This document shows positions 60,630-64,000 of a DNA stretch of 64,000 bases, one piece after another. The DNA comes from Chiloscyllium plagiosum. Taxonomy: Eukaryota. The stretch's first letter is position 1. Every line of letters starts with the position of its first letter. The position numbers and the translations under genes are program-made. The DNA is taken from the NCBI RefSeq assembly GCF_004010195.1, contig NC_057718.1, positions 101,404,629 through 101,468,628 on the forward strand, in the 5' to 3' direction. The notes beneath the pieces were generated by a model. The model did not search any database. It was given only the letters and a program-made list of their open reading frames with translations, and was not told the DNA's origin.

Positions 60630-60837
60630 GGAGATGCCAGTGTTGGACTGGTGTGGACCAAGTTAAAAATCACACAACATCAGGTTACAGTCCAACAGAT
60701 TTATTTGGAAGTACGAGCTTTCGGAGCACTGCTCCTTCGTCAACAACCTGTTACCTGATGAAGGAGCGGCGCTCTGAAAGCTAGTGCTTCCAAATAAACC
60801 TGTTGGACTATAACCTGATGTTGTGCCATTTTTAACT
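60630..60837. mobile_element. PLE family C fold-back
   Basis: agttaaaaatcacacaacatcaggttacagtccaacagatttatttggaag and cttccaaataaacctgttggactataacctgatgttgtgccatttttaact are inverted arms. Confidence 0.82.
60752..60786 (+). ncRNA. Minimal type I hammerhead ribozyme motif (PLE family C), intact core
   Basis: TAC-CTGATGA-A-GGAGC-ggc-GCTCT-GAAAG-CTA-GTG. Stem III is the palindrome AGCT and stem I is UAC/GUG. Confidence 0.68.
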
Positions 60838-60851
60838 CTGAAGAAAGTGTG

Positions 60852-60886
<35 letters not shown>

Positions 60887-60992
60887 CAGACAGAGTTGAC
60901 ATTTCGAGTCCAGTCCGACTCTTCTTCAGAACAATGAGTAGTTTGTGTTATTCTGTGCAAAGATCTGTTGAAGCAATCACATTTGAACAAGG

Positions 60993-61215
60993 CAAAAGTG
61001 AGGACTGCAGATGCTGGAGATTAGAGTCAAGATGAGAGTGGGGCTGGAAAAGCACAGCAGGTCAGGCAGCATCTGAGGAGCAGGAAAATCGACGTTTCGG
61101 ACACAAAGCCTTCATCATTCCTGATGGAGGGGTCCTGCCCGAAACGTCGATTTTCCTGCTCCTCGGATGCTGCCTGACCTGCTGTGCTTTTCCAGCCCCA
61201 CTCTCATCTTGACAC
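60993..61215. mobile_element. PLE family A fold-back with hammerhead remnants on both strands
   Basis: About 61027-61100 is nearly the exact reverse complement of about 61139-61213. Flanks are ttgaacaagg (60983-60992) and ttgaacgagg (61216-61225). Confidence 0.85.
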
Positions 61216-61479
61216 TTGAACGAGGATCTGAAATGTGAATGACAGTACATAAGGGGATGGAGCACCTTATTTGTGAAAAGGAGCCAACATTCTCAGGGTC
61301 AGCAAAGTAAAACAAAGAATTGTGGAAGCCTGGAATAAAACAGAAGTTGCTGGAGAAATTCAGCAGGTCTGGCAGCATCTGTGGAAATGCACAATGTTAA
61401 CTTTGTTTTCTCTCATCAAGGAAGAGTATATCGGTGGACAGTCACAGTCCAGAGACTTTTATTTATATTTGCAATCATG

Positions 61480-61875
61480 TATTTTATTCAAAATTATCGA
61501 TAAGTGCATTACAGAAAAGTTGAAGACAAGTGATAGATGGAAAACAATAAGGGAAAATCATGGATTATGCACTTTGGTAGGAAAAGGAGTGTAGACTATT
61601 TTCTAAGCGGGGAAAGGCTTCGGAAATCTGAAGCACAAAGAGACTTGGGAGTCCCACTTCGAGATTATCCAGGTTAACATGCAGATTCAGTTGGCGGATA
61701 GGAAGGATGAGGGAACATCTGATTGAAACTTATACAGAATACTGAGAGGCCTGGAGAGGGTGGACGTGGAGAAGATGTTTCCAGTAGTAGGAGAGACTAG
61801 GATCTGAAGGCACAGCCTCAGAATAAAAGGATGACACTTCAGAACTGAAATGAGAAGGGATTTCTTCAGCCAGTA
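61480..61875 (+). mobile_element. CR1 LINE fragments
   Basis: MHFGRK...DYFLSGERLRKSEAQRDLGV, then (G)NLIETYRILRGLERVDVEKMFPVVGETR...FRTEMRRDFFSQ. Confidence 0.75.
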
Positions 61876-62029
61876 ATAAAACCATAGCGATGTACAGCAC
61901 AGAACCAGACCCCTTCAGTTCAACTCATCCATGCCAACCAGATATCCTCAATGAATCCAGGCCCATTTGCCAGTAATTGGCCCAATTCCCTCTAAGCCCT
62001 GAATCTGTGCAGAGGGTTGCAGAGGCCAA

Positions 62030-63234
62030 GTCATAGAGATGTACAGCATGGAAACAAACCTGTTGGTCCAAACTGTCCACGCCGACCAGATATCCCAACC
62101 CAATCTAGTCCCACCTGCCAGCACCCGGCCCATATCCCTCCAAACTGTTCCTATTCATATACCCATCCAAATGATTCTTAAACATTGTAATTGTACCAGC
62201 TCCACCACTTCCTCTGGCAGCTCATTCCATACACGTACCACCCTCTGTGTGAAAAAGTTGCCCCTTAGGTCTCTCTTATATCTTTCCCCTCTCACCCTAA
62301 ACCTATGCCCTCTAGTTCTTGACCCCGCGGCCCCAGGGAAAAGACTTTGCCTATTTACCCTATCCATGTCCCTCATAATTTTGTAAACCTCTATAAGGTC
62401 ACCTCTCAGCCTCCGACGCTCCAGGGAAAACAGCCCCAGCCTGTTCAGCCTCTCCCTATAGCTCAAATCCTCCAAGCATACCAGACGCCTTCCTCACTAT
62501 CCTATCTACCTGCGATTCCACTTTCAAGGAGCTATGTGCCTGCACTCCAAGGTCTCTTTGTTCAGCAACACTCCCTCGGACCTTACCATTAAGTGTATAA
62601 GTCCTACTAAGATTTGCTTTCCCAAAATGCAGCACATCGCATTTATCTGAATTAAACTCCATCTCAGCCCATTGGCCCATCTGATCAACATCCCTTTGTA
62701 ATCTGAGGTAACCCTCTTCGCTGTCTACTTCACCTCCAATTTTGGTGTCATCTGCAAACTTCTAACTGTACCTCTTATGCTCACATCCAAATCATTTATG
62801 TAAATGACAAAAAGTAGAGGACCCAGCACCAATCCTTGTGGCACTCCACTGGTCACAGGCCTCCAGTCTGAAAAACAACCCTCCACCACCACCCTCTGTC
62901 TTCTACCTTTGAGCCAGTTCTGTATCCAAATGGCTAGTTCTCCCTGTATTCCATAAGATCTAACCTTGCTAATCAGTCTCCCATGGGGAACTTTGTCGAA
63001 TGCCTTACTGAAGTCCATATCGATCACATATACCGCTCTGCCCTCATCAATCCTCTTTATTAGTTCCTCAAAAAACTCAATCAAGTTTGTGAGACATGAT
63101 TTCCCAAGCTCAAAACCATGTTGACTATCCCTAATCAGTCCTTGTCTTTCCAAATACATGTACATCCTGTCCCTCAGGATTCCCTCCAACAACTTGCCCA
63201 CCACCGACATCAGGCTCACTGGTCTATAGTTCCC
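62030..63234 (-). mobile_element. HER1/CR1 LINE, RT domain to 3' end, internally deleted and frameshifted
   Basis: [17 protein letters not shown]...[19 protein letters not shown]...[14 protein letters not shown]...[21 protein letters not shown], then in a shifted frame FADDTK, MEFNSDKC and RRRLRGDLIEVYK. Confidence 0.95.
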
Positions 63235-63235
63235 A

Positions 63236-63405
63236 TTGAGTGCCTTTAAGACCAAGATAGATAGGTTCTTGATTGGTAAGGGAATCAAGGGTTACAGGGA
63301 AGAGGCTGGAGGATGGGGTTGAGGAACATGTCACCCATGATTGAATGGTGGAGTAGATCCGATGGGCTGAATGGCCTAATTCTGCTCCTTTTCCTTCTGG
63401 TCTAA
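63236..63405 (+). mobile_element. CR1 3' end
   Basis: tttaagaccaagatagataggttcttgattggtaagggaatcaagggttac...gatgggctgaatggcctaattctgctcc. Confidence 0.8.
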
Positions 63406-63607
63406 GTCAGATATTGCAGAAGATCCAATGAAAACTCATAGTGTGTACACCTGTTGTTTAGAGAGAATTGGTTGAATTAACTCCATTTCACTTCATCACT
63501 TCAGGGGTCCCTTTTTAGCGTGAATTGTCAGGCTGGAACTCGGGGGGAGGAAATGCTGAATTGAGTCAATCAAGTCTACATATAGACAAGCCACCAAAAT
63601 GCAAACA

Positions 63608-64000
63608 ATTGAATAAGAATAGTAACAGGAGCAGGCAATTCGGCCCCTCAAACCTGTTCCCCCATTTAATAGGATTGTGGCTGATTCAACATTCCTCACA
63701 TCCACTTTCCTGCTCTTTTCCCTTAACACTTTATTCCCTGACTGATCAAGAATCTATCTACCCAGCCTTAAATATATACAAGGACTTTACCCCCACAGCT
63801 CTCTGTGACAAGGAGTTCCAAAGACTCTCAACCCTCTGAGAGAAGAAATTCCTCCCCATCTCCGTCTGAAATTGGTGCCCCTTTATTCTGAGTCTGTACC
63901 CTCTGGTCCTAGCCTCTCCCATGAGGGGAAATGTCCTCTCAGTATTGACCCTGTCAAGCCCCTTAAGAATCCAATATGTCTCAATGAGATCACCTCTTAT
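63608..64000 (-). mobile_element. CR1 3' end, runs off the window
   Basis: Minus strand encodes RGDLIETYWILKGLDRVNTERTFPLMGEARTRGYRLRIKGHQFQTEMGRNFFSQRVESLWNSL. Confidence 0.88.

Larger units (their letters stand above)
60530..60932 (-). mobile_element. PLE family B fragment, with hammerhead core at 60898-60929 (minus), split by a family C fold-back
   Basis: Reverse complement reads gtt-CTGAAGA-A-GAGTC-ggactg-GACTC-GAAAT-GTC-aac. An (AG)n expansion lies at 60853-60893. Confidence 0.7.

Noticed and set aside
62725..63288. 187-aa ORF as an intact reverse transcriptase gene
   Set aside because: It is chimeric, with the first ~17 codons from the antisense of an adjacent CR1 tail. It frameshifts just before FADD and the element has an internal deletion, so it is a dead LINE fragment.

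Overview
Repeat-dense vertebrate genomic DNA, almost certainly from a shark or ray, judged from abundant HE1-type V-SINEs with HER1/CR1 partner LINEs and Deu-domain SacSINE1-like SINEs. The only host coding sequence I can support is a 31-bp exon at 32657-32687 (+) encoding AFPCISTGIY(G), the macrodomain diphosphate-binding loop. It fits MACROD2, so the window is probably two very large introns around one small exon. The introns contain CR1, L2-like and Rex/Babar LINE fragments, at least five SINE families, two solo LTRs, a hAT MITE with an 8-bp TSD, degraded Harbinger remnants, and an 11-copy 47/48-bp minisatellite. The most striking signal is a set of short Penelope-like element (PLE) relics from four sequence families, many of them fold-back palindromes. 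Each family carries a minimal hammerhead ribozyme motif (CUGANGA-N-stem II-GAAA, palindromic stem III, NUH) with different but paired stem II sequences, and one sits just downstream of a GIY-YIG endonuclease C-terminus. Their TSDs range from about 10 bp to 77 and 119 bp. No searches were run. Repeat boundaries are approximate unless a TSD is quoted, and family names come from motif recognition.
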